From: Hypanus sabinus
Lineage: Eukaryota
NCBI RefSeq assembly: GCF_030144855.1
Contig: NC_082730.1
Span: forward strand, 3,720,001-3,784,000
Direction of reading: 5' to 3'
DNA length: 64,000 bases
The notes beneath the pieces were generated by a model. That model was not told the DNA's origin, made no database searches, and saw only the letters and a program-made list of their open reading frames with translations. How positions within the stretch are numbered: position 1 is the first letter of the stretch; every line of letters starts with the position of its first letter. The translations under genes and the position numbers were made by a program. This document shows, piece by piece, positions 13,270 to 27,117 of the stretch.

Positions 13270-16200
13270 TGAGTTGTCACGTTAATGGCTTGAGAAGGAT
13301 TCACGGGCTTTTTCAGTTTTTTAAATGGCCAAGCAATTGGGAGCGGAGGGGCTGAAGACAGCTGGTCAGCTAGCGCAGTATAAAAGAAGTTTCATCTAGC
13401 ATAGCAGCCATTTTGTAGCAGCGAATGTCAGAGTGAACTCAGTCGAGTGGGACGGCTTTGGCTCAACAGGCTTCAGTGTGAACAGGCAGAGGCAAGGGTA
13501 GGTTCCAGTAAGTTGTTGTTGTTGTTGCTTTTTTTTTCTCATTCAATTTCTTTTTTAACTAGTAAGTTTAAAGAGAATGCCAGGCAGGATGTTGGAATGC
13601 TCCTCTTGCAGGATGTGGGAAGTCAGGGAGACCAGAGGAGTCCCTGACAATGACACCTGCAAGAAGTGCATCCAGCTACAGCTCCTAACAAACTGCGTTA
13701 GGGAACTGGAGCAGGAGCTGGATGACCTTCGGATCATTCGGGAGAATGAGAAGTTTATAGATAGTAGTTTCAGGGAGGTAGCAATGCCAAAGGAGCAGGG
13801 CACAGGAAATTGGGTTACCATCAGGCAAGGGAAGGGGAAAGGGCAGGCAGAGCACAGTTCCCCTGTGGCCATTCCTCTCAACAACAAGTATACAGACTTG
13901 GATACTGTTGGGGGGATGACTGACCTGGAACAAGCTGCGGCAGCCGGATCTCTGGCACTGAGTCTGGTTCTGCACTGCAGAAGGGAGGCTGGAAGAAGAG
14001 GGGAGTGGTAGCGATAGGGGACTTGATAACTACAGGTACAGACAAGAGGTTTTGTGGTCATGACAGAGACTCCTTGATGGTTTGTTGCCTCCTGGGTGCC
14101 AGGGTCAGGGATGTCTCTGATCGCGTGCACGGCATTCTGAAGTGGGATGGTGAGCAGCCAGATGTCATGGTACACATCGGTACCAATGAGATAGGAAGAA
14201 AGAGTAAGGAGGTCCTGAAGAGTGAGTATAGAGAGCTTGGTAGGAAGTTTATAAGCAGTACCTTGAGGGTGGTAATCTCAGGATTGCTACCTGTGCCACG
14301 TGCCAGTGAGGGTAAGAGTAGGATGCTCTGGAGGATGAACATGTGGCTGAGGAACTGGTGTAGGGGACAGATTTTCAGATTTTTGGATCATTGGGACAAC
14401 TTCTGGGGCAGGTAAGACCTGTACAAGAGAGAAAGGTTACACCTGAACTACAGGGGGACTAATATCCTTGCAGGGAGGTTTTCTAGTGCTATTGGGGAGT
14501 GTTTAAACTAGATTTGCAGGGGGATGGGAACCAGAGTGCCAGAGCAGATAGTGGAGCGGGCATGAAAATAAATGATGTTAAAAGTTCATGCAAAGTCACA
14601 AATAGAAGGGTTGTGTGTGATGGTAATAATCTTCTGAGGTGTGTCTATTTCAATGCGAGAAGTATTGTGAGGAAGGCAGATGAGCTGAGGGCCTGGATTG
14701 ACACATGGAATTATGACATTATAAACAGTAGTGAAACTTGGCCACAGGAGGGGCAGGACTGCCAGCTCAATATTCCAGGGTTCAGAAGTTTCAGACGTGA
14801 TAGAGGCAGAAGGATGAAGGGTGGGGGGCATTGCTAGTAAGGGAAAATGTTAAAGCAGTGCTCAGGCAGGACAGATTAGAAGGCTTGTCCATCGAGGCCA
14901 TATGGGTGGAGCTGAGAAACAGGAAATGTGTGACAACATTAATGGGGTTGTATTATAGACCACTCAATGGTCAATGAGAATTGGAGGACTAAATCTGCAT
15001 AGAGACAGCAGACAACTGTAAGAAACATAAAATTGTGATAGTAGGGGATTTTAATTTTCTACATATTGATTGGGGCTCCCATACTCTTAAAGGTCTAGAC
15101 GGGTTCGAGTTTGTAAAATGTGTTCAGGCAAATTTCTAAATCAATATATAAAGATACCAACTAGAGAGGATGGAATATTAGATCTCCTGTTAGGAAATGA
15201 GTTAGGACAAGTGACAGAAGTGTCTGTAAGGGAATACTTTGGGTCTACTGATCATACCACCATTAGTTTCAACTTGGTCATGGATAAAGATAGATCTGGT
15301 CCTCGGGTTGGGGTACTAAACTGGAAAAAGGCCAAATTTGAAGAAATGAGAAAGGATCTAAAAAGCGTGGATCAGGACAGGTTGTTCTCTGGCAAGGATG
15401 TGATTGGTAAGTGGGAGGCCTTCAAAGGAGAAATTTTGAGAGTGCAGAGTTTGTATGTTCCTATCAAGTTTAAAGGCAAAGTGAATAAGAATAAAGGACC
15501 TTGATTTCCGTGGGATATTGGAAATCTGATAAAGAAGAAGAGAGAGATATATGACAGGTATAGGCAACAAGGAGCAAATAAGGTGCTTGGGGAGTATAAA
15601 AAGTGCAAAAAAATACTTAAGAAAGAAATCAGGAGGGCTAAAAGAAGACATGAAGTTGCTTTGGCAGTCAGGGTGAAGGATAATCCTAAGAGCTTCTGCA
15701 GGTATATTAAGAGCATAAGGATAGTAAGAGATAAAGTTGGTCCTTTTGAAGATCAGAGTGGTCGGCTATGTATGGAGCCAAAAGAAATAGGAGAGATCTT
15801 AAATGTTTTTTTTTGCATCTGTATTTACTAAGGAAACTGGCAAGGAGTTTATGGAAATAAGGCAAACAAGTAGTGAGGTCATGGAACCTATACAGATTGA
15901 AGAGGAGAAGTTGCTTGCGGTCTTGAGGCATATCAGAGTAGATAAATCCCCAGGACCTGACAGACTGTTCTCTCAGACCTTGAAGGAGACTAGTGTTGAA
16001 ATTGCAGAGGCCCTGGCAGATATATTTAAAATGTGGGTATCCACGGATGATGTGCTGGAGGATTGGAGGATAGCTCATGTTTTTCTGTTGTTTAAAAAAG
16101 GCTCTAAAAGTAATCCAGGAAATTATAGGCCAGTAAATTGGACATCAGTGGTAGGAAAATTATTGGAATGAGTACTAAGAGATAGGATCTACAAATATTT

Positions 16201-17330
16201 GGGTAAATGGGGACTTATTAGGGAGAGTCAACAAGGCTTTGGGCATGGTAAGTCATGTTTAGCCAATCTATTAGAGTTTTTCGAGGAGGTCACCAGGAAA
16301 GTGGATGAAGAGAGGGCGGTGGAAGGTGTCTACATGAACTTCAGTAAGGCCTTTGACAAGGTCCCGCATGGGAGGTTACATAGGAAGATTCAGTCGCTAG
16401 GTATACATTGTGAGGTAGTAATTTGGATTAGACATTGGCTCAATGGGAGAAGCAAGAGAGTAGTAGTGGAGGATTGCTTCTCTGAGTCGAGGCCTGTGAC
16501 TAGTGGAGTGCTACAGGGATCAGTGCTGGGTCCATTGCTCCTTTTCATCTATATCAATGATCTGGATGATAATGTGGTAAATTGGATCAGCAAATTTGCT
16601 GATGATACAAAGATTGGAGGTGTAGTGGACAGTGAGGAAGGTTTTCAAAGCTTGCAGAGGATTTTGACCAGCTGGAGAAATGGTCTGACAAATGACAGGT
16701 GAAGGTTGAGGCAGACAAGTGTGAGGTATTTCACTTTGGAAGGACAAACCAAGGTAGAACATACAAGGAAAATGGGAGGACACTGAGGAGTGCATTAGGA
16801 CAGAAGCATCTGAGAATACAGATACATAATTCCCCAAAAGTGGTGTCACAGGTAGATAGGGTCATAAAGAGAGCTTTTGGCACTTTAGCCTTTATAAAAC
16901 AAACTATTGAGTATAAGAGTTGCAATGTTATGGTGAGGTTGTATAAGACATTGGTGACACTGAATTTAGAGTACTGTGTACAGTTTTGGTCACCTAATTA
17001 CAGGAAAGATATTAATAAGGTTGAAAGAGTGCAGAGAAGGCTTACAAGGAAGTTGCCGGGGTTAAGGGTGAAAAAATAAAAGTTTAAAGGGAACATATTA
17101 CACAAAGAGTAGTGGGAGTGTGGATTGACCTGCCAATTGAAGTGGTGAATGCAGGCTCACTTTTAACATTTAAGAAAAACTTGGACAGGTACAAAGTACA
17201 TGGATGAGAGGGGCATGGAGGCGTATAGTCTAGGTGCAGGTCAGTAGAACTAGGCAAAAAAATGGTTTGGCACAGCTATAAAGGGCCAAAAGGCCTGTTT
17301 CTGTGCTGTGATGTTCTATGGTTTTATGGC
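13270..17330 (+). mobile_element. Near full-length decayed CR1 LINE (ORF1 zinc-finger + SGNH esterase; ORF2 APE + RT)
   Basis: ORF1 CSSC...CKKCIQLQLL and AIGD...VHIGTNEIG; ORF2 YFNARSI, ETW, GNYRPV, GVLQGSVLGP, KFADDTKIGG; (TTCTATG)-type tail; multiple stops and frameshifts. Confidence 0.93.
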
Positions 17331-18189
17331 TTATCAGCAAGAGTAGGAGGAGAATAACAAATTTGGCAGTATTCCATACTGCACTGACAGATCTTCATGT
17401 GTGCATCAGTACCATAATCAGAATCAGATTTCACATCACCAGAATATGTGGTGACAATTGTTAACTTTGTGGCAGCTGTACAATGCAATGCGTAATAATG
17501 CGGGATAAGAAAGATGTGAATTACAGTAACTATATATATACAGTGTTCATGGGTTTATTGTCTATTTAGAAAGTTGGATAGAAGCTGTTCCTGAATCACA
17601 GAGTGTGTGTCTTTAGGTTCCTGTACCTCCTCCTGAATGGCAGCAATGAGAGGAGGGCATGACCTGAGTAATGGGGTTCCCTAATGATGGATGCTGCCTT
17701 TTTGAGACATCGCTCCTTGAAGATATCCTGGATGCTACGGAGGATATTGCTCACGATGGAGTTGAACAAAGTTTACAACTCTCTGCAGTTTACTTTGAAC
17801 CTGTGCCATAGCCCCCAGCCCCCACATACCAGATGCTGGTGCAGCCAGTTGGAATACTCTCCACAGTACATCTGTGGAAATTTGTGAGTATTTTAGGTGA
17901 TATTCCAAATCCCCTCAATGAAATACAGCCAGTGCTGCACCTTCTTTGTAGCTGCATCAGGATACGTTGGTCCAGGATAGATCCTCAGAGATATTCACAC
18001 TCAGGAACTTGAAATTGCTCACTCTTTTCACTTCTGATCCCTCGGTGAGGTCTGGTGTATGTTCCTTCATCTTGCCCTAAATGAAGTCCACAATCCGTCC
18101 TGAGTGTGTGTTTGAAATGGTTGGGAAGGGTCCATCCCCTTCCATAACTCCTATGGTATGTCCCAGGTTTCATAGATGGCTCTCCTCTG

Positions 18190-18590
18190 GAGGTCTAGTG
18201 AGTGTGTTGAGGTGCTTATAAAATATACAAAAGTGATGGATAAGGTAGGGGCAGGAAAGTTGTTTCCACTGGTAGATGAGACAAGAATTAGGAGACATAG
18301 CCTTAAGATTCGGGGAAGTAAATTTAGGCCAGAAATGAGGAGCTCCTTTTCTCAAAGACTGGTGGATCTGTGGAATTCATTGTCCAATGAAGCAGCGGAT
18401 GGTACCTCAGTAAATATATTTAAGACAAGGTTGGATAGAGTTTTGCATAATAGGGGAATTACGAGCTATGGGGAAAAACCAGTGGGTGGAGGTGAGTCCA
18501 TGGTCAGATCAGCATGATCTTATTCAATGGCAGAGCAGGCTCGACGGGCCAGATGGCCGACTCCTGGTTCTATTTCTTATGCTATTATGA
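18190..18590 (+). mobile_element. CR1 3' fragment
   Basis: RRHSLKIRG...FSQRLVDLWNSL; ttctatttcttatg tail. Confidence 0.8.
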
Positions 18591-19229
18591 AGTGGAAATT
18601 AGCATGAGAAATTTGTAACAGGAAGTGTGGTGTAGGAGCCTCTATAAATATAAAGAAGGAAAGGGAATGACTTCAGTTCCTCACAGACCTGGACAGGGAA
18701 AATTACTTTAGTTTAAGGAACTAGCAGCAAAACTGAACTGAACTCTTTTCAGTTCCACCTCCACTGAAATAAAACATAACATACTGGCAATCCTCAACAT
18801 TTTCTGTTTTAATTTTACAAACGTTTGTAGATTTCCAGGATCTGATTTTTCTAAATTTCTGCCCCATTTCTATAGGCTGTGACAAACAAACAGTTTCTCA
18901 GAACCCAGAGGGAAGTTGAAAGTGAGTTCACTCTGGGGTTTGTATCATGTCACTCTGCATACCTCAATATGAGTTGCTGGATGGTTTACAGTGACACCAG
19001 GATGTTGCATTATAGCACCTTTATTTTGTAAGCATTTCCTGCTTTGTTAACCTGCAGCTACCTCTGGGCTCCAAACTGCACTGCTGCTGATCACTGCAAG
19101 TGTCAGTTGTGACATTTTAATTACTGACTAAACACCAGACAAATTAAACCAGTCATCTGAATTATACCAAAGACAACCCAGTAACCAGAGTTTTATTTAT
19201 TTTATTTTATTGAGCTACAGCATCAAATA

Positions 19230-19480
19230 GGCCCTCCTGGCCCTTCAAGCCTCACGGCACAGTAACCCACTAACTTAATCCTAGCCCACTCACAGGACAA
19301 TTTACAATGAGCAATTAACCAGTACGTCTTTGGAATCTGGGAGGAAACAGGAGCACCTGGAGGAAATGCACGCAGTCACGGTGAGGACATACAAACTCCT
19401 TACAAGCTGCATAGGGAATTGAACCCGGATCGACTGTACTGTAAAGGGTTGTACTAAACACTGCACCACCATTCCACCCT
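19230..19480 (-). mobile_element. tRNA-derived V-SINE (HE1-like)
   Basis: Minus strand has tRNA B-box-like GGTTCAATTCCC and V-SINE core ggtgctcctgtttcctccca. Confidence 0.7.
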
Positions 19481-19639
19481 TGGTGGATCCAACTCAACAA
19501 ATCAAGGACAGCTTCTTTCTCTTCACCATCAGATTCCTGAATGATCCACGTGCCCATGGAGCATACCTCAATAATTCCTGTTCTCCATCTTTATCTGTTC
19601 CTTTAATTTATAGATTTGAATGCCTTCTTACTATACTTC

Positions 19640-20080
19640 CAGAACAAATCATCAGATTTCACACAGTATGTTAGTGATAATAGATCTGTTTCAGGTTGTG
19701 CCACTTGTTGGAAACATTACAGCCTGGTATGGAAACATCAATGCCCAGCAATGGGAATGTTTACAGAAACTGTTGGACACAGCCCAGTCTATCACAGGCA
19801 AAGCCCTCCACACCTTCGATCACATTTACAAGGAGCATGGCCACAAGAAAGTAGCAGCCACCAACAAGGACCACTGCTATCTGGGCCACGCTCTCTTCTC
19901 ACTGCCATCATCAGGAAAAAGGTGCAGGAGCCTTAGGTCCCACAGTACAGGGTTCAGAAACAGTTAACTTTCAACCATCAGCCTCCTGCCCGATGTGGAT
20001 AACTACTCAGCTCAATTCTGAACTGATGCCACAACCTATGGACTCAGTTTCAAGGACTCTGCAACTCATCCTCTCAGTAT
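19640..20080 (+). mobile_element. Rex1/Babar-type LINE 3' fragment
   Basis: ITAWYGNINAQ...LQKLLDTAQSITG...PSSGKRCRSLR...FRNS. Confidence 0.75.
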
Positions 20081-20610
20081 TATTACCTGGGTAGGATGAG
20101 TGAGGGGGTCCTGCGTAGTGAGTTCAGGGAGTTAGGTGCGAAGCTGAAGGGCAGGACCTCCAGGGTAACAATCTCAGTATTATTACCTATGTATCTGCAT
20201 ATTTATTATTTCATTATTTGTTTGTGCAAATTGTCTTCTTTTGCTCATTGGTTGTCTTTAAATCTTTGTTTATGATTTTCATAAATTCTATTGTGTTTCT
20301 TATTTTCCTGTAAATTACCTCAGGAAAATGAATTTCAGGGTAGTTTATGGCGACATCATACATACTTTGATAATAAATTTATTTTGACTTTGATATTGAA
20401 TTTGATACACCAGCTGTGACAAACTTTCAAAGAAGGAACACCACCAGGCCTCAGGAGATGGAAACCAAAGACCGCCCTGCTTTCAATTATCACTTGTGCT
20501 TCAGTATTTCAAAACTTTCAATGCATTGATGAATTTAAGAAATTAACGTTGCTGAAACAGATTGAACTATGTCAAATGATTAAAGCCGAACTTGCAGATA
20601 AAGAAAAGCT

Positions 20611-21826
20611 AAAAGGAAAGGTATAATATGTTTTCGTGATCTTTTTTCTGAAGGTAGTTTGATGTCTTTCGACCAACTTTCCAACAAATTTAAGTTACCT
20701 AAATCTAATTTTTTTAGATATTTACAAATCAGAAATTTTTTATATAAAGTTCTACCATCCTTTCCCAATTCAACTTTGATAGATTTTTCAGATATGATTT
20801 TTTCCTTGAATCCTTGTCAGAAGGGATTAGTGGCTCTTATTTATAATATGATTATGAAGATACAACCAGAAATATCAGGTAGAATTAAACAAGAATGGGA
20901 AAAAGAACTTCAATATAATATATCAACAGAAAAATGGGAAAAAATTTTACAAAAGGTTAATTCTTCTATATGTGCTAAACATGCTTTAATACAATTTAAG
21001 GTTGTACATAGAGCTCATATGTCTAAAGATAAGCTTGCTCGATTCTATTCTCATATTAACCCTCAATGTTACAGATGTCATTCAGATGTGGCCTCATTGA
21101 CCCACATGTTTTGGTCATGTCCCACCTTACATAACTATTGGAAGGACATATTTGCTACCATTTCCTCAATTTGGAATATTGATTTACAACCTCATTTTAT
21201 TACTGCAATTTTTGGTATACCAAATGAGGATGGTAATCGATTTTCCCCTCCAATTAGATGAATGATCGCCTTTGCAACCTTAATGGCCAGAAGGTCTATA
21301 TTACAAAAATGGAAAGAAGTAAATCCTCCTACCACGTTTCAGTGGTTCTCTCAAACTATTTCTTATCTGAGCTTAGAAAAAATTAGAAGTACTATTTTTA
21401 ACACATCAATTAAATTTGAAGAAACTTGGAGACCGTTCATTCAACACTTTCATATGAATTAATTTGGCATCTTCCAGACCTTTTCTCTTTTTATTCTTGT
21501 TCTGGTATGGAGTTCCGGAGTTTTTAACACTATCATATGCATATAAACTGTTATTATTGCCCATGTTAGTTTAGTTTAGGTTTATTTTTTTTCAATATAT
21601 ATTTTTTTTCTTGTATTTTTTTTTCTTTTGATGATTATTCTTACTCTTTTTCATGTATAATTAATATAGGTTTGATTGATTAATGTACTATTTTTTTGCT
21701 GATATTTTAATAAGATATTGTTATCTTATTACTAATTCAACCAAGTCTAGTGCACTTATAACCTATTTAATATTATGTTATGTTTTTTTATATATGAAAT
21801 TTAATAAAAAGATTGAAAAAGAAAAG
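20611..21826 (+). mobile_element. 5'-truncated L1-clade LINE (ORF2 C-terminal Cys-rich region, 3' UTR, A-rich tail)
   Basis: FKVVHRAHMSK...CYRC...SLTHMFWSCPTLHNYW; AATAAA + A-rich tail; 11-bp TSD AAAGAAAAGCT at 20600-20610 and 21827-21837. Confidence 0.88.
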
Positions 21827-22208
21827 AAAGAAAAGCTGAGCTTGGCTGATGTTTCAACGTGGATTTGATAACCTTATTCCAATGGAGTTGGGGTGGGTTT
21901 CTCTGAGTGTCCTGGTCACGGTGGGAGTAAAGGAAGGGGTTGGGAATATATCCAGAACTTGGGAATCGAGCCCCGCATTGACAGTGAGTCGAGAAAGAGC
22001 ACAAAGAGAGACACAGAGCAGAGCTGCAAAAGCGAAGTGCTAATGTTGACAATGAGGGCGGGGTAACTGCACACCTGCCATTACACAGCTGGAGAAGTTG
22101 AAGGTGTCGGGGTAGCTTACCTTCACTGTCTGGAGGGGGAGCTCAGAGTTGCCATCAGCGACAGAATGGTGAGTGTCATTCCCGCTACCAGGGTTAAGGT
22201 GATTACAG

Positions 22209-22414
22209 ACACCAGTGCATGGATATCCCGAACAGAGAGGGACTGAAAGACCGCTCAGTGTACAGGTATCCCACTCAAAAAATGTCCAAAGTTCAACTTC
22301 CAAAGTCAATTCATTATCAAATTATGCATGTCGCCATATACTATCCAGAGATACATTTTCTTGTGGGCACAAAGTAGATCAAATAAATAAAATATAATCA
22401 TTTAAAACTACACA

Positions 22415-22452
<38 letters not shown>

Positions 22453-22645
22453 GATTGACAAACAATCAAAGAAAACAAAATGGGCAAATCAAAGAAAAAC
22501 AATTAATAATGATCAATTATTAGGTAAGTAAATGATACTGAGAACATGAGCGGTAGAGCCCTTGAAAGTGAGTCCATTGGTGATGGAATCAGTTCAGTAC
22601 TGATGTGAGTAAAGTTAAGATATCCCCCAGAGGGAGAGGGACTGG
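22209..22645. repeat. Short copy of the ~41-bp minisatellite interrupted by a LINE-tail insertion
   Basis: cagtgtacaggtatccc ... tatcccccagagggagagggactg; TATCCC duplicated at 22267-22272 and 22621-22626. Confidence 0.65.
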
Positions 22646-23169
22646 AAAATGTGAATCTCACCATTCAGAGTGATTGTGATAAGGTGTAGCATTTAGAGTG
22701 CATAACAGAAAGATGGGGAGAACCATTGAATTGAAAAGAAACTCATTAGAGTTCTTAAAACAAGATCCTCAGGGCCTGGGCTGTCATGGTCCATCCTCCC
22801 TCTCGCTAATGTGTTGCTCTGTACTGGTGTCTGTGGTTTTCTGGTTCGGTTCATACCTCCTCCCACATTAACTTCCTGTCTGATCAGCTATCAATCACTT
22901 GTGCAGGCCAGCAGTTTAGGAGGGCCCAACAACTGAGTGAAAACTCCCTTTTTTCTCTCTTACATTTTCTTCCTTGTCCATGGCATCAACATGGACAAGG
23001 ATGGGCTATTGGTGATGTTCACTCCTAGAAACATGTATCTCTAAAACCTCTCTCTCAAGAGAATCAGTATCAGGTTTATTATCACTGACGTATGTTATGA
23101 AATGTGTTGTTTTGTGACAGCAGCATAGTGCAGTATTTAACATATACTATATATTACAAAAATTAGAGA

Positions 23170-23564
23170 CTCCCTCTCCACAGTGCTGATGAATCCAAAG
23201 GACTGGAAGCGACCAATACAGTTTGGAACCAGTGGAGTCACGGGAGCTCCCGGTCAGTGTTGAACTCAACATAGACCTGCCTTAGGGGCTTCGGCTCCAG
23301 ACTTTTCCCTGGGGTTTCCTCCTGGAGACTTCCCCACCAGTGGGTATAGCTGCAAGTTTACCTTCTCCACGGTGAGCGGCCAGCTACTGCTGATGAGCCC
23401 CATCTGTCAAAGTGAGTGGTTTTAAGACACCTGTACCCCACCTTTGCCCCTTCTCTGGTCAGTTCTGCTGGACTAAGCTGCAGGTGAAGGGCAGGATGGG
23501 TGTCATGGGCTACTGGAGATGCACACTGTTGGGAGAATTTAATAGGTAGTGGGAGCTTATCCCC
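23170..23564 (-). mobile_element. ORF-less RTE-like element, older copy
   Basis: Colinear similarity to 54003-54555 (e.g. ccacctttgccccttctc vs cctgcctttgccccttctc); RTE assignment from recalled similarity only. Confidence 0.5.
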
Positions 23565-25199
23565 ACCACCAACCACACATGGGCTCTGAAGTTGGGATGC
23601 AGGGATGAAAGATGAGTAAAGGAACACCTCGAATCCCAACTCCCTCATCCCAACCCCAATGGTTCAGAGTGACCCCAGCTCATTTCCCGCCACCAGTTTA
23701 ACCCTTCCCTCACTCCTCAGTTCAGCCAGTTGCTGCTGAAGGATGTTATCCAGAGAGACTGTGACAGGACAGTGCACTGAGAGATCTTCACTCTGTATCA
23801 AACCATATCCAGAAAGTGTGTGACATGACAGTGTAGAGAGACAGAACTTTACTGTGACACTTCACTGCACACTTCTGACACAATCTGTCTTACCTGAGCT
23901 CACCTGAGGAACCTGGTCCTGTGTACGAAAATGGAACAAGGTGAGCAGCTGCCCCAGGATGTCGAAAAAAATTGCCCAGCCAGAGCCAGGCCCTGAGGTT
24001 AAGGGTTTCTGTCAGCACCACCACTGGCCACAGGGACTGAGAGTAGAAGACTATAGTATTTACATAATTTTCATGTGAGCACCTCAGGTAGATTTGGGTT
24101 TCAGTTGAAGAGCATGAAGAACATAAGGAAATGAGAGCATGAGTGGCCACTCGGCCCCTCAAGCTTGGCCTACCATTCGATATGATCAGAGGTGATTTGT
24201 CCAGATTTCAGCTCCTCTTCTGTGCAGATCCCATGACCCTCAGTTCCTTGATCTTTTTATCATCTACAGAGCACAACAAGCAGTAAAAATTTATTAAAGT
24301 GCTCCCAGGTAAAGAATTCCAGAGTTTCAAATTACCGCCCTGCCTGCAGTCCCCCTATGAGAAGGAATATGCACCTCCATTTTAAACAACTGCCCCTTTA
24401 CCATGTGACTGTCTCTCTTTGTCTGAAACTCCTCACTAATGGAAACACCTCACCATCTACCCTGACATGCCCCCATGGGATCTTAAATGAGTAAATAAGA
24501 TTATGCCTCATTCTTCCGAACAAAAATGAATAGAAATCTAATTTGACTACATTTACACCACCACCAAGCATGCTGCTCACTCCATCCCTTACCACCTGCT
24601 GCTATTGCCCCTGCTGGGGTCAATATGGAGACTGAAGCATGAGAAGAGTATGACAGTGTGGTCTGAGGGGACTGATGGTCCACTTCAGGACTGGACAATG
24701 GTCAAGACCACACTTCGTTCTGCAGCTAGGCTCTTGGATCCTTGGCCCTCCTACTAATGAAAACATCTCTCCACATCTACTTCATACAGAACTTTCAGTA
24801 TCCAATAGATTTCAATGTAATCCCTTCTCATCTTCCTGAACTCCAATATGTGGAGTCCCAGATACGTCAAATGTTTCTCATAGGTTAAATATTTCATTAT
24901 TGAAACCATTCTTGTGAACTTCCTTCAGACCGTATCCAACGCCAACACACCTTTCCTCAGACAAGGGAGAAAAACTGTTCACAATATTCCAAAAGTGTGG
25001 TTTGACCAATGCTTATAAAGCCTCAGCAATACTTATCAAATACTAACATTACGTTTATCTTATTTGTTACCAAATCTGCTTGCATACCAACCTTAACAAA
25101 ATCGTGGACTAGGGCTCCCTATGTCCCTTTGCACCTCCAGTTTCTGAATTAACTCCCAATTAGGAAACAGTCTGCACCTCTTTTATTCCTAACAAAGAA

Positions 25200-25858
25200 A
25201 ATAAACTCAAACTTCCCTACAACATAGTGAACTAGCTCTTTGCCCACTCTCCCAACCCGTCCAAGTCCTTCTGCAATACCACCTGCCCCTCTGTATCACC
25301 TGCACAACACAAACAACAAAACAAGCAAAACCAGCCCCCAGTCCTCCATCCCACCAAGCAGTTACACAATCGTCTAACCCAAAACAGACTACCTTCTTCA
25401 GCCTCCAAACCCCAGCCAACTCAAAAACACAGACACTGGGCATTTGTCTACCCCAGCAGATACTTGGAGATTCACATTCTCAGCACACTGGTCAATGGGC
25501 CTCAATTTCCAGATTTACAATTCAATTCCCAGGTGTAGATCCTCTGCATTGATGCCAGGACCCACTGATCACTGAACACCTGGCCTCGGACTCTCGTCTC
25601 ACCGATTCACAAACCCAGTGGGTCATCGGACCTCGCTCCTCCTGTTAACATGGAACTCCCACTCCAAGAGCTGCCAGCAATTTGCTGATCCAGGGAGGGA
25701 GAGGGGGCTCCAACCTTCATCCATGCTGGTCTGCCAGTTCAACATGAGGCTGGACATCCTGGCCCAGCCCACAGATGTCCCACATTATCGCTGGTCTTTG
25801 AACATGGAGACTTTACACTCCAGCCTGTCCTCTAATTTCCCCACATCCTTGTCATAAA
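25200..25858 (-). mobile_element. Old L1/Tx1-like 3' fragment
   Basis: GT-rich 3' UTR and decayed coding-like region; weak motif support. Confidence 0.35.
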
Positions 25859-26410
25859 CACTAACCTGATCCTAACGCCCTCCCTGTCCACCAAACCCAT
25901 CCCCATAAACCCAAAAAACACTAAATAGATCCTTATTCCCCTCCCTGTCCCCCAAATCCATTCCCATAAACCCAAGGAAACACTGAACTGAACCTACTGC
26001 CCCTCCCTGTCCCTCAAACTCTCCAAAACCAAAAAAAACACTAACCAGATACTGACACCCCTCTGTATCCCAAACCCATCCCCATAAACCCCCAAAATTC
26101 TAGCCAGATACTAACACCCCTCCATACCCCAAACAAATCCCCATAAGCCCCAAAAAACACTAACCAGATATTAACACCCCTCCATAACCCAAACCCATTC
26201 CCATAAACCCAAAGAAACACTGAACTGATCCTAACGACCCTCCCTGTCCTCGAAACTCATCCCCATAAACCCAAAAGAGACAATAACCAGATATTAACAC
26301 CACTCCATACCCCAAACCCATCCCCATAACCCCCAAAAACCACTAACCTGACACTAATGCGCCTCTCTGTCTGCCAAACCCATTCCCATAAACCCAAAAA
26401 AAACACTAAA
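25859..26410. repeat. ~60-bp C/A-rich minisatellite (~9 units)
   Basis: Repeated cactaaccagatattaacacccctccatacccaaacccatccccataaacccaaaaaa. Confidence 0.85.
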
Positions 26411-27117
26411 AAACAGAGGCCTAACTAATTCTCTAGATGTAACCTCTCCGCGCTTAACATCAGCGAGACAAAATAGCTGCATGTTGACCTAAAGATGCAG
26501 GTTGCGGGGTGGGTCTTGATGAGGACACGACCCTGTCCTCATCAATGGAGCTGCAAAACAGATGACCAACAGCTGCAAGATTCTGGGCATCCAACTCAGA
26601 TTCATTTTTTTATAGTGTGGTCTGCATTAACAGCCAAAACAACATAAGGAAGTTTGGAGAGCTACCCACGCGAGTCACCACTCATTCTGGTGGCAGCATC
26701 ACTTGCCCACAATGCTCTGCAGATCAACACAGAACACATCTAAGCAGAACAGATTTCAAAGAAATTTCATTATCAAATTACGTAGATGTCACCAAATACC
26801 ACCTGGAGATCCATTTTCTTCCAGACGTTCAGAGTAAGAATAATCATCAATAATCATCTCTTTGGATTTGCTGACATTGAGTTTGTTGTGGTGGTACCAT
26901 TCAGTCAGGTTTTGACTCTCCCTCCTACATGCCAATTCGACCCTTTTGATTCCACCAACAATAGCGGAGTTGTCAGCAAACTTAAAACATACAATGAACA
27001 ACAGTACAATAGCAGAATAAACACGAGGAAATCTGCAGATGCTGGAAATTCAAACAACAACACACACAAAATGCTGATAGAACACAGCAGGCTAGGCAGC
27101 ATCTATAGAGAGAAGCA

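Noticed and set aside
23170-23564. HDV-like ribozyme in the RTE-like element (also 54415-54480)
   Set aside because: A P2-like pair (CTCTTG/CAGGAG) and L3-like loop are visible but P3 and P1 could not be closed by hand; needs an Infernal search of the consensus.
23905-23946. Plus-strand PVYENG tyrosine motif / ATGGAACAAG|GTGAG mini-exon as part of the Ig gene
   Set aside because: No convincing acceptor, no signal peptide, and stronger splice signals lie on the opposite strand.
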